Source of the DNA: Alphaproteobacteria bacterium
GTDB taxonomy: Bacteria; Pseudomonadota; Alphaproteobacteria; UBA2966
Reading direction: 5' to 3'
Assembly: GCA_964291395.2 (NCBI GenBank)
Contig: OZ219858.1
Coordinates: 1,088,001 to 1,152,000, forward strand
Length of the DNA: 64,000 nucleotides
The notes beneath the pieces are model-generated. The model searched no databases, was not told where the DNA came from, and saw only the letters and a program-made list of their open reading frames with translations. Of the stretch, positions 19,899-29,760 are shown piece by piece (position 1 is the first letter of the stretch; every line of letters begins with the position of its first letter). The translations under genes and the position numbers were made by a program.

Positions 19899-21953
19899 TT
19901 GGCCGATTCCGTTCTGTCCGTGTTCCAAGGGTCCCGGCAGGAGTCGGTGCTGTTCCGATCGCGCTGGCTCCTCGTGGCGATGCTGGGGATCGTCCTTCTC
20001 ATCCTGTTCCGGGACACGCTGCCGGACTGGGCGACGACTCCCCCCGATTCGTGGACTGCAAACCTACCCCTGCCGTTCCTGGTTTTCGGCGACGGGCTCT
20101 TCCCCGCTTTGTCGATCAAGGGCAGCAGCGCCGCCGATTGGTTCAACGACATCGTCTACTTTCTGCGCAACCACGAGATCCTGGGTCTGTTCACCTTCCG
20201 GGACGTCACGCGCGGTATCGCCGGACTGATCGTTTGGCCGCTGGATTTTTCCGAGGATCTGTTGATCTCGGGATTCTCGGATTGGGGAATTCCTCCGATC
20301 CCCTGGGTGATCACGGCCGCTCTGGCGGGAGTCCTGGGATGGTATCTGGGTGGCTGGGGTCTCGGGCTCCTGGCCGGCTCCTGCATCGTCTACTTCGCTG
20401 TCTTCGGCAAATGGAAACTGGCGATGACCACCCTGTCGCTGGTTCTGGTGACCGCGCCCATCGCCATCTTCCTCGGGCTGCTGCTGGGTATCTTCGCCAT
20501 CAACTGGCGACTGTTCGAGAAGGCGCTGTGGCCGATCCTCAACCTCATGCAGTCGTTGCCGCACTTCGGCTACCTGATCCCGATCGTGGTGTTCGTCGGA
20601 CTGGGCCATAAGGCAGGTGCAATTGCCACCATCCTTTTCGCGCTCCCGCCGATGGCGAAGATCACGATCCTGGGATTGCGCAGTGTCTCCGAAGAGGTGT
20701 TGGAGGCGGGCGTCATGGCCGGGTGCACGTCCCAGCAAATGCTCTGGCGCGTCCGGATTCCGGCGGCCCGACCGACTCTCATGGTCGGTGTGAACCAGGT
20801 CATCATGCAGTGCCTGGCCATGGTCGTGATCTCGGCGTTCATCGGAGCCAGGGGCCTCGGTATCGATCTCCTGTTCCGCCTTCAGACGCTCCAGTTGGGG
20901 CGCGCCCTGGAGAGCGGCATCGCGATTGTCCTGATGGCGGTCGCGCTCGACCGGCTCAGCCAGGCGCTCTCCGAGAAAGAACCGGTGCGTAAACCGGAGG
21001 GTCGCTTTTGGACCGTCCACCCACATATGACCGCTGCCGGGCTGGCAGTCGTGGTGGGAGGCGTCCTGGCCTACCTCGTTCCCGAGGCGGCAGCCCTGCC
21101 GCGCGAGATGACGGTAACGTTCGCACCCCAATGGGACGTTCTCATCAAGGCCATTGTTTCGGCGCTGTTCGAGCCCCTGAGCTTCATTCGAGACTATATG
21201 CCGCCCTACGTCCTCATCCCCATCCGCGGGTTCTTCGAACAACTTCCGTGGACGGTGTTCCTCGGTGCGGTGACCTTGGCAGGATGGCTGCTGGGTGGCT
21301 GGCGCCTGGCGGCACTCGGGGCCGCCTATATCGGCTTCATCGTCCTCTCAGGCTGGTGGACCGAGGCCATGGTGACCACTTACCTTGTCTTCGTCGCTGT
21401 CGTCATATGCGTGATTTTTGGATTTCCCATCGGCGTCTGGGCGTCCCGCCGCGACGGCAGGACCCGCGCGGTGGCGTTCCTCTGCGACACTTTGCAGACC
21501 TTCCCGTCGTTCATCTACCTCATTCCAGTCGTCATGCTGTTCCAGGTGGGGACCATTTCCCAGATCATGGCAATCGTGGTCTATGCCAGCATTCCCGTGG
21601 TCCGCTACACCTACGTCGGACTGCGCGCTGTTCCGCACGACATTGTCGAGGCCGCAATTTCTTCCGGATGCACCCCGTCCCAGATACTGTGGAAGGTGCG
21701 CATGCCGCTGGCGTTTCCCGAGATCATGCTGGGGCTGAACCAGACCATCATGTTCGGTCTCTTCATGGTCATGATCGCCGGATTCATCGGCGGGAATTAC
21801 GATCTGGCCCGGGAGATCTTCAAGGCCAAGGCTCAAAACGACGCCGGTCTCGGACTGCTCCTGGCGCTGTGCGTCGCATTTCTCGGGTTGACGGCAGATC
21901 GACTGATCTTGGCCTGGGCCAGCCGGCGCAAGGCACAACTCGGCTTGGCTTAA
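19899..21953 (+). CDS. ProW-type ABC permease with two fused permease domains
   Basis: Two repeats (MQSLPHFGYLIP / LQTFPSFIYLIP; EAG..AGCT / EAA..SGCT). TTG start just after the ATPase stop is inferred. Confidence 0.88.
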   Translation: MADSVLSVFQGSRQESVLFRSRWLLVAMLGIVLLILFRDTLPDWATTPPDSWTANLPLPFLVFGDGLFPALSIKGSSAADWFNDIVYFLRNHEILGLFTFRDVTRGIAGLIVWPLDFSEDLLISGFSDWGIPPIPWVITAALAGVLGWYLGGWGLGLLAGSCIVYFAVFGKWKLAMTTLSLVLVTAPIAIFLGLLLGIFAINWRLFEKALWPILNLMQSLPHFGYLIPIVVFVGLGHKAGAIATILFALPPMAKITILGLRSVSEEVLEAGVMAGCTSQQMLWRVRIPAARPTLMVGVNQVIMQCLAMVVISAFIGARGLGIDLLFRLQTLQLGRALESGIAIVLMAVALDRLSQALSEKEPVRKPEGRFWTVHPHMTAAGLAVVVGGVLAYLVPEAAALPREMTVTFAPQWDVLIKAIVSALFEPLSFIRDYMPPYVLIPIRGFFEQLPWTVFLGAVTLAGWLLGGWRLAALGAAYIGFIVLSGWWTEAMVTTYLVFVAVVICVIFGFPIGVWASRRDGRTRAVAFLCDTLQTFPSFIYLIPVVMLFQVGTISQIMAIVVYASIPVVRYTYVGLRAVPHDIVEAAISSGCTPSQILWKVRMPLAFPEIMLGLNQTIMFGLFMVMIAGFIGGNYDLAREIFKAKAQNDAGLGLLLALCVAFLGLTADRLILAWASRRKAQLGLA

Positions 21954-22219
21954 CGTCCACTGGATCAAAGCCCGAGTCCAACTAACGACCGTTTTTTTGG
22001 AAATCTGGTACCACCCCGTCAAGCGGGGTGAAATGTGTCCAACAATCCCGTCCAACAATCTGTGTCGAATTGCCCCAGGCTCTCTTTCTTTCTGAAGAGG
22101 TAGCGGGCATGAGTGATCGGGATCCTGCGCACACCGCCCAGTACGTGGCCGGGCTGGTGTGTGAGTTCGAGGGTGGCGTGGCAAAATGAAACACCAGGAA
22201 ACGGAGTTCAAAAAACCTG

Positions 22220-22438
22220 ATGAGACAATGCATCATCGCGGCGGCGGCAATGGCTGCTACCCTTACGACCGGTTGCAGTGAGATTGCCGCTGTCGCGACA
22301 GCACCGGTGACGGCAACCGTCATGACGATTGGTGCGAGGGTGAATGACAACGGCCCGTCCGCCGCTGAGTTCCGGCAATCATCCGCACGGCAAGCGGACG
22401 AAGCCCTGGTGCGGGCCCTGGCTGTGATCTCTCAATAG
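22220..22438 (+). CDS. Small putative lipoprotein
   Basis: MRQCIIAAAAMAATLTTG-C lipobox-like signal, 72 aa. Confidence 0.4.
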   Translation: MRQCIIAAAAMAATLTTGCSEIAAVATAPVTATVMTIGARVNDNGPSAAEFRQSSARQADEALVRALAVISQ

Positions 22439-22812
22439 GTTGTCCATCCGGGACTGAATCTCGGAAGCTGATGGGTGCTGAATGCCTGTCAACGAACCGA
22501 GAGGGGCGCCCCGGATGAACGTCCACATCGAAAGCCGCAGCGGCGCCGGTCTGGTTGAAACGTCAACTCGAACGTTCTGCCCTGTGGGAAGAAACGGTTG
22601 GAGGGACGAGGCTGAGCACGACTAGCGCTCAGCCGCTGACAGCCGCTAGGACACGCCAGACGGTCCTCGTCCAACAAACGACGTGACTGGCTACCCAGAG
22701 GGCGGGCCGACCGCTTTGATGGCTTGCAGGGCACATCTACAATCCCTTCGTTATAGTCCAGGCATTCGACAGCGATTGATAATCGAGTCATGCCCTACAG
22801 GAGGTCTCCCGG

Positions 22813-25438
22813 ATGAAAGCGGCATCTAGCGAAAGGATTGTTTTGTCTCTTTTGGTTGGCCTGATCGCGTGGGCCGGCGTTTCATCGGATGGGCGCCTCG
22901 CCGTGGCGCAGTCGCAGGAAGCGTGTCCCCTTCCCGCGGGCGAGACGCCTCCTGCGGATCCGCCCGTGACGGCCGGGCAGGTCGAGGCCGGCAGCGCCAC
23001 CCTGGCGGACTTCGCGCAGGCCTCGCTGGCGCAGTTCAAGCGCAGAGGCTCCGAAACTCTGACTCCGCAACAGATTGCCTTCTCGGGATGCCGGCTTCGA
23101 CTGGAAGGCGGTCCGTGGCGTTCCGGCTCCACGTACATCGTGACGCTGACGCCCGACGGCAGGGTGTACCTTCACGCGAAGGACATGTCCCTGTCGGCCG
23201 GGAGTCTGCATCCCCGAATTTACGCAGGGATTCTCTCGGCGCTCGGAGTTCCCCCGACGGTCCTGGCAGACCTGGCGTCTCCGGACCCCGCTACCAGGAG
23301 CGGGGCGCAGTCCATGCTCCTCGACCGGTTGAGAAGCGAGCCGCACGCCCCGTTCGACTTGACCGGCCCGGTGCCGGGCGTGCGACCGGGCATCCCGGGG
23401 GCGTCCGGATATGCAGGCGCCTATGTCTCGGTCAGTTCGGGACAACCGATCGTGCTGCTCGCAGGGTTCGATCTCACCGCATCTCACCTGGCTGAAGAGG
23501 CCGTCGATTACGGCGATCCGGCCATCACGGCCAGGGACGTGGTGGACCGCGGAACCCTGAAGGCCTTTGTCACGGAAGCATTGAAGTTCCTTGCCGGGAC
23601 CCTGAGAGAGGCGCGTTCGACCGCGGAATCCAGGGCTGCCTTCGCGAAGGCCAGGCTTGCGCTCAGAGATCCGAACGGACCGTGGAGGCACGGCTCCGTG
23701 TATCTCTACATTCTGGATCGGACCTCCAACGTCATCCTGTTTCACGGAGCGTTTCCCGACAGGTTCGAGCTCAAGCCTTTGGTGCCGACCGTCCGGGACG
23801 TCGTTACGGGAGAGCTCGTTCTGCCGCAGGTCATCGAGGCGGCGACCAGCAGTCCGGAAGGCGGCTTCGTGGAGTACTTACTTCGACGATCCCACCGACG
23901 ACACCGACAGCGCCGACATCCCCAAGCTGGGCTACGCCCGCGAGTTCGCCAGAACGATCACGACAAGTGACGGGACCGAGATTAGCACCAATCTCATCAT
24001 CGGTTCGGGCTTTTACGGAAGTCCCGACCGAGGCGGTGGCGGAGGGTGGCAGGACGCGGTCATCGAATCCGTGCTGCCCCAGGTCATGCGGGCCATGACC
24101 GCCAGCACGGTCGATGCCATCTCGGGGCGCATTCAGCGGGCGACGTCGGACACCCCGCCAGAGAAGGAGATCAACCTCGGCGGCTCCTCCACCCTCTCCC
24201 ATGCCCTGCTGACGAAGGGGCAGGCGCTGGGGAACGGCACTCTCGATCGTCAGGCGGCTGCTCGCGGGCTCTTCCTTCACCATGCCGCTCAACTTGCAGC
24301 GGGATCCGGCGGGAGCGGTCCGACCGGAGAGATCACGCTCTGGGGAAGCGGAGACTACCGCAACCTCTCCGGAGGGGGCTCGCAGAGCGTGAGCTACGAC
24401 GGCGACGTGGTGAGCGCCATCATCGGAGCCGATACCTGGATGAGCCCCGACATGATGGCGGGGGCGGCCCTCTCGCAGTCGCAAGGCACGGTGGATTACA
24501 CGGAACCCGACGGGCAATCGGGCGAGCTCACGACTACCCTGACGAGCGTCAATCCCTACGCGGTCTGGGGGTCGCCCGGCGGCATGAACCTGTGGCTCGC
24601 GGCCGGCTATGGCTGGGGCGAGCTCGAGGTCGAGGAGTCGGGCGGAACCCAAACGAGCGACATGACCCAGAAGATGGGGGCGGTGGGCGCGAGCGGGCCG
24701 CTGGTGGCCAGCGACGAGGTGATCGAAGGCGGCACCACGAACCTGCGGCTGAAAGGCGAGATGGCTTTCACGTGGGCCGATGTCGACGGCTCCGGGACAC
24801 TGGAGAGCACGAAGCTGGCTGCCAGCAGGCAGCGCCTGATGCTGGAAGGGGTCCACGACCGGGAACTCGCCTCGGGAGCGATATTCTCGCCCTCGCTCGA
24901 GGTCGGCATGCGGAACGACGGCGGGGACGGAGAGACCGGCACCGGTCTCGAGGCCGGGGGCGGCCTCCGGTATACCGACCCGGCACTGGGGCTGACCCTC
25001 GAGGGGCGGGCTCGGACACTGCTGTCTCACGGCGGCGACTACGAGGAGTCGGGCGTGAGCGGCCTGGTGCGGATCGATGCGGGCACGGAGGGCCTGGGGC
25101 TCGCGCTCAGCGTGCGACCGGCGTGGGGCCGGACGGCCAGCGGCGTGCAACGGTTGTGGGAGGCCGGGACGGCCGGGGGGACGGAACTGGCCAGTGAAGC
25201 GGCCGCGCGCCTGAACGCGCGGATCGCCTACGGCATCGGCGCCGCGTGGGGTGGCCGGGGCGTGCTGACGCCCTATACCGACGTGTCGCTGTCGGGGGAA
25301 GGGTCACGGCGGCTGAGCCTTGGCGGGCGGCTGGACATCGGACCGTCGGCCGGAATGAGCCTGGAAGGCGCGCACAGCCGGTCGGCGCGCGGCGCGGCCG
25401 ACCACAGTGTCATGCTGCGCGGCAGCCTGCACTGGTAG
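22813..25438 (+). CDS. Tandem Cache-like domain + autotransporter-type beta-barrel protein (frameshifted in this sequence)
   Basis: Signal peptide; two repeats with GPWR.GS.Y; Cache-type GFVEY(Y)FDDP...K.GY...IIGSGFY across a +1 shift near 23878; barrel region from LWGSGDYR to terminal LRGSLHW. Confidence 0.75.
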
Positions 25439-25531
25439 GCATGACGATCAAGCGCCGGGAGAGAGAGCTCGACGGTGATTGAGGACGCGAACAGCGCCTG
25501 AGGGTTTCACGGCGTCGTCCTCAGGCATCCA

Positions 25532-25576
25532 GGCCGCCGGGCGGGGTACTCGTCAATCCTCCCCCGCCCGGCGGCC
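25532..25576. terminator. 15-bp GC-rich hairpin downstream of the autotransporter gene
   Basis: GGCCGCCGGGCGGGG ... CCCCGCCCGGCGGCC, preceded by a smaller GCCTGAGG/CCTCAGGC hairpin. Confidence 0.5.
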
Positions 25577-25703
25577 ATACATTTGCATAAAGGACATCAT
25601 GTTAAGGTCTTTTGGGAGGCGAAGTGAGGGCTCTCTATAAGCTGAATCTGACGTTGGCTTGACGACCTGGCCACTACGGCGCAAGGGCGACGGGCCATGG
25701 AAG

Positions 25704-26095
25704 ATGAAGATACTGTGGGAACCCAACGAGGCGCAGCGATATCGCCGGAACATTTTGGCGCTCCCGGGTATCCTGGTCGTCGCTGGAATTGCTGGCGCCG
25801 ACCCACACGATCTCAGCCCATTTGGGGTGCGGTTCTCGCCGGGCATTCGGGGCGTCCTGGCCCTCGGTCTCGCCGTCATCGGGGTGCAGCTGTACTGGTA
25901 TGTCCTGAGGTACCACTACCTGAGAGACGAAGCGATTCTGCGCCTCCCCCAAACCTCTGGCGACTGGCCATTGCGCCATGAAGAGGATCCTTCTTTTGGG
26001 TGGAGAGTGTCGATTTGATCGCGAACTGGACCATGTTCGTTTTGACTCTTCTGTCATGGATCTTCATCGCCTGCTGGACCTCCGGATCATCATGA
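25704..26095 (+). pseudogene. Small 3-TM membrane protein, frameshifted near 26010
   Basis: Two TM segments in ORF 25659-26018. A third (LIANWTMFVLTLLSWIFIACW) continues in another frame to a TGA overlapping ATG 26092. Confidence 0.45.
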
Positions 26096-26499
26096 GCGGC
26101 GACAAGGGCAACGTCGTGACGCTGCCGCTCACGGTGGAGCGGAAGCGGCGCCTGCGGGACGCGATCAGGAGCAAGGGGTTCACGATCGAGAAGGTCGTGG
26201 GCTCGCTCCATCCTCGCTATTACGAGCTGCAGGAGCGGATCGACGAGGTCCTGCACCGCATCGACATCTACGAAGCCGCAGGCCGTCCGGACGAGGCGGC
26301 GAGGCTTCGCAAGGTGCTGGGCGAGGTGCTCGACAAGCTGTACCCCCATCGCCGGCGGCCGGACTGGGAGAAGTGGGAGGCGGAGCGGCTGAAGCACCAG
26401 CGGACCCGGATCGTAGCGGCGCCGCGGCACCGGATCTCGAACAGACAGCAGAAAGCCCGGAGGCCTGATCGACTCAGGCTCCATCTTTTGCGTATCTGA
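26092..26499 (+). CDS. Hypothetical basic, helical protein
   Basis: Strong GC3 codon bias from ATG 26092 and ATGA overlap with the upstream gene; no motif recognised. Confidence 0.5.
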   Translation: MSGDKGNVVTLPLTVERKRRLRDAIRSKGFTIEKVVGSLHPRYYELQERIDEVLHRIDIYEAAGRPDEAARLRKVLGEVLDKLYPHRRRPDWEKWEAERLKHQRTRIVAAPRHRISNRQQKARRPDRLRLHLLRI

Positions 26500-26566
26500 G
26501 GTTGTTGGTCAGCATGATTTTCTGCTCAAACATGTGGACCGTTTTCCGTCATGAGGGAAGAGACGG

Positions 26567-27403
26567 ATGGGCGCCATAGATTTCCGCTTCCGGCCTGTTG
26601 GGACGCAATCCATCACGCCAGAATTGACGCGCGACTACCTGCGCAAGATGCGCCTTGAACCGGCGCCATCATTCGAACGCCAGGACATCGGCCTGATGTT
26701 CCGGGAGATGGATGAGGCGGGCATCGAGATGGGCGTCGTCGGGGTGCCCGCGCCAACGGACAAGCCCGGATTCAAGCCAACCACGAACGAAGTGATCTCC
26801 GACATCGTCAAGCGCTATCCCGGCCGGTTCGTAGGATTGGGCTCGATCGATACGACGGATCCGGTTCGTGGCCTGGAAGAGATCGATCACGTGCTGGAAC
26901 TGGGTATGGTTGGCCTCACGGTGGAACCGAGCACGGCGCGGAAGTCCATGCGGTTCAACGACCGGCGCCTTTATCCGATCTACGAGGAGGCGCAAAAGCG
27001 CGGCCTGTTCGTAGTCACGGTGATGAGCGCCTTGCTGGGTCCCTACCTCGACGACTGCAAGCCTGAGTGGGTCGACCACGTGGCGACGGATTTCCCGAAC
27101 CTGAACATCGTTATTCAACATGCGGCCTGGCCGTACTCACGCGAAGCTATTGGACTCTGCTACAAGCGGCCGAACGTCTACCTCGTTCCCGGTCAGTACA
27201 TCCACTACGAGTTCGCAGGGTCTGAGGACTACGTAAAGGCGGCGAACCGACAGCTTTCCGACCAGATCATGTACGGCAGCGTCTATCCCAATTGCGGGCC
27301 GCTGAAGGAAGTGATGGAGATCGTCGACAACCTTGGCTTCGCGAGCGATGAGATCAAGCACAAATATCTGGAAGGAAATGCCCGGCGGTTGCTGGGGCTA
27401 TGA
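26567..27403 (+). CDS. Amidohydrolase-2 family protein with non-canonical metal motif
   Basis: MDEAGI, YPGRFVGLG, LYPIYE, DFPNLNIVIQHAAWP, GNARRLLG. N-terminus is IDFRFRP and C-terminus YGSVYP. Confidence 0.85.
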   Translation: MGAIDFRFRPVGTQSITPELTRDYLRKMRLEPAPSFERQDIGLMFREMDEAGIEMGVVGVPAPTDKPGFKPTTNEVISDIVKRYPGRFVGLGSIDTTDPVRGLEEIDHVLELGMVGLTVEPSTARKSMRFNDRRLYPIYEEAQKRGLFVVTVMSALLGPYLDDCKPEWVDHVATDFPNLNIVIQHAAWPYSREAIGLCYKRPNVYLVPGQYIHYEFAGSEDYVKAANRQLSDQIMYGSVYPNCGPLKEVMEIVDNLGFASDEIKHKYLEGNARRLLGL

Positions 27404-27543
27404 CCTGTCAGCGCCATTTTGTCTGAAGGCGGCCTGGCATGGGGTCGGCCGCATGCGCGACCGCACCAGTTCCGCCTGCCGGTAGGTGCCGTGCTTGGCG
27501 GAGAAGTGCTTGACGTGCGTACCGTGCAAGACTCTACCTTGGG

Positions 27544-27948
27544 TCAGCTCTTGCCCGATTTACGGGCGACGAAATCGATCTCGACCAGCGCCTCGCGCGC
27601 CAATCCACTCACGCCGACGCAGGTTCGCGCCGGCTGTCGATCAGCATTGAAATAGCTCGCGTAAACCGCGTTCATTGCTGCGTAATCGCGACGAAAGTCG
27701 GTAAGGAACACGCGTGCACTCACCACGTCCGTCAAGGCGTAGCCGGCGTGACCGAGGACGATCTCAAGATTATGAAATATGGTGCGGGTCTGGTTTTCGA
27801 TGCCCGACGGCAACGGCGCATCGTTATCGGCTGGGTCGATCGGAAGCTGACCGGTAACGAACAGCCAGCCATCGACTTCGACTGCGTGGCTATATGGCGC
27901 CACCGGGGCTGGCGCATCGCCGACCATGTGAAAAATTCGATCGTCCAT
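27544..27948 (-). CDS. RidA/YjgF-family protein
   Basis: RBS GAGGAGG; PVAPYSHAV, VTGQLP, MNAVY, PARTCVGV, LVEID. Confidence 0.9.
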   Translation of the reverse strand: MDDRIFHMVGDAPAPVAPYSHAVEVDGWLFVTGQLPIDPADNDAPLPSGIENQTRTIFHNLEIVLGHAGYALTDVVSARVFLTDFRRDYAAMNAVYASYFNADRQPARTCVGVSGLAREALVEIDFVARKSGKS

Positions 27949-28530
27949 GGCGACCTCCTCATCCTGTCGATCCGGCGTTCCCCAAATGGGCGGGCGGAGA
28001 AGTAACCGTCCGTCCGCCTGCCTCCCTTCCCCTGTGCTGCGGCGGTATTGCCATCGGGCGCCCACCCTTGCTGATGTTCCGATAGGGTGGTCGATCCGGG
28101 AGCGTTCCGTAATGTGCAACGGCCCTACTTGGAATGCTGAAAGCGTCTCACGTCGGCGTGCCGCTGGTGTACGCCCTAATGGGGGACGTCGGCAATAGCC
28201 CGTATCGCCGTCCTACGGCCAACGGCATTTCCGGGGGAATCGTTCGGCCAACCTGTAAGAGAGGAGGTGGATCTTTATCAGCTGGTTCGAATCCCCTGAA
28301 CTCCCGGCGCGGGGACGCCGAGTGGCATTGGGTCGTGTGGGACGCTGAACGTCGGCGCCTTCTCGACTCCAGGGATCCTCCGGACAAGCGGCTCCGCGCC
28401 TGTTCCTACATGCGGGTGCGGTAGTTCGTTTCCGGGAAGCGCCGGTTACCGACGCCGATCTGGGCAGGGAGGACCTCCGGCCTTAGGAACCGCCGACAGA
28501 TCCTGGGATCGGATTGAAGGTCAGTAATTC

Positions 28531-28812
28531 ATGTCCAAGCCATTGGTCGGCGTCATCGGATCCGGATCTCTCGTCAACGGTCGATATGCCGCGCAGCTGG
28601 TCGGGGAGAAGAACCTTCGCGCCGTGGCGCAGGTCGCCGATGCCCTGCCCCTGATGTTCGGGAGCGCGTCCGACCTCACGGATATCGGGCCGCTGCTGGA
28701 CACGGTCGGTGAGCCGGCCGACGGTTACGCCTGCAACACGCGTCGCGCCGGACGACGGCACGACGCAAGGCAGGAGCCAGAAGCGAATTTCAAATCGGTC
28801 CAGCTCGCGTAG
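28531..28812 (+). pseudogene. N-terminal fragment of PuuD-like (peptidase C26) glutamine amidotransferase
   Basis: MSKPLVGVIG...RAVAQVADALPLMF...DIGPLLDTV, breaking off before the expected DG.LLTGG. Confidence 0.6.
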
Positions 28813-28964
28813 CTTGTAACCGGTCTTGACTGGGGCATCATGGAATGGGCAAAGGGCGGTCTCATTCTCGGTACTCTTTTGGCGGGATCACCAGGCAGAA
28901 GCGGCGCGGGGCGTGGTCCGATTCAAGCACCGCAGGGCGTTCCGGCCAACGCGTTTTCGCGGCG

Positions 28965-29750
28965 CTAAAGCCCAAGAAACCGGGCAATGGCGGCGGCGAC
29001 CGCATCGGGGGCGGTCCAACTCGCGGCCGGCTTTATGCCGGGTAGCACCTCGTGCCGGGCTCCGGACACATGTGTCGCGGTCTGCTCGGCATGCTGGGAT
29101 AGGGGATCCAATGCCGCGCAGAGGAATAACGTGGGGCACGAAAGGGCCGTAAGCGCGCCTTCGAGGTCGTATTTCTCAAACGCCTCAATGCCCCAATGGT
29201 AGCGACCGTAGACATAGAAGGTCTCCGCGGCGGCCATGCGCAGCTGGGGCTTGTCGCAGTCCGGTCCCCAGCGTGCGGCGAACCGATCCCACTCCTTTTT
29301 GAGGTGCCCGCCGTCCTGCGCTTGGTCCGGGGTGCCGAGGGCGGCGATGTACCGCTTCCGTTCAATAGTCCGGAGGGGCGGTGCGCTCAAGAAGATGGCG
29401 CCGCTCACGCGCGAGCGCGCCTGGGCCGCGAGTTCGGCGGCGACCGCAACCCCGGTTTCGATACCGACCACGGCGAACGTATCGGCCTCCAACACGTCGA
29501 CCGCGCCGAGCAGGGCCCGTGCATAGTCGCTGATCGACCACCCCCGCTCGGGCGCGGGTGACACGCCGTAACCCGGCAGGTCGAGACCATACGCCCGGCA
29601 GCGAATGCCTAGCTTCGGAATAAGGCGCTCAAACTGGCGGCACGACAGCGGGAACTGATGGACGAGGAATAGCCACGGCCCGACGTCACCGGCAAAGCGA
29701 CTATGTATCTGGCCCGGCGGCGAAGGGATCTCGATGTAACGCCGCCGCAT
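28965..29750 (-). CDS. Alpha/beta-hydrolase-fold protein (GIETG elbow)
   Basis: LFLVHQFP, LDLPGYGVS, VVGIETG, CPTLFL. Confidence 0.8.
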   Translation of the reverse strand: MRRRYIEIPSPPGQIHSRFAGDVGPWLFLVHQFPLSCRQFERLIPKLGIRCRAYGLDLPGYGVSPAPERGWSISDYARALLGAVDVLEADTFAVVGIETGVAVAAELAAQARSRVSGAIFLSAPPLRTIERKRYIAALGTPDQAQDGGHLKKEWDRFAARWGPDCDKPQLRMAAAETFYVYGRYHWGIEAFEKYDLEGALTALSCPTLFLCAALDPLSQHAEQTATHVSGARHEVLPGIKPAASWTAPDAVAAAIARFLGL

Positions 29751-29760
29751 GCGCCGGGCC

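Noticed and set aside
28172-28188. GCCCTAATGGGGGACG as a further copy of the regulator box
   Set aside because: Too degenerate and lacks the -10 hexamer at the 24-nt offset.
28280-28305. GGTTCGAATCCC T-loop-like sequence
   Set aside because: The T-stem does not pair (GCTGG/CCCCT) and there is no D-arm, anticodon arm or CCA.
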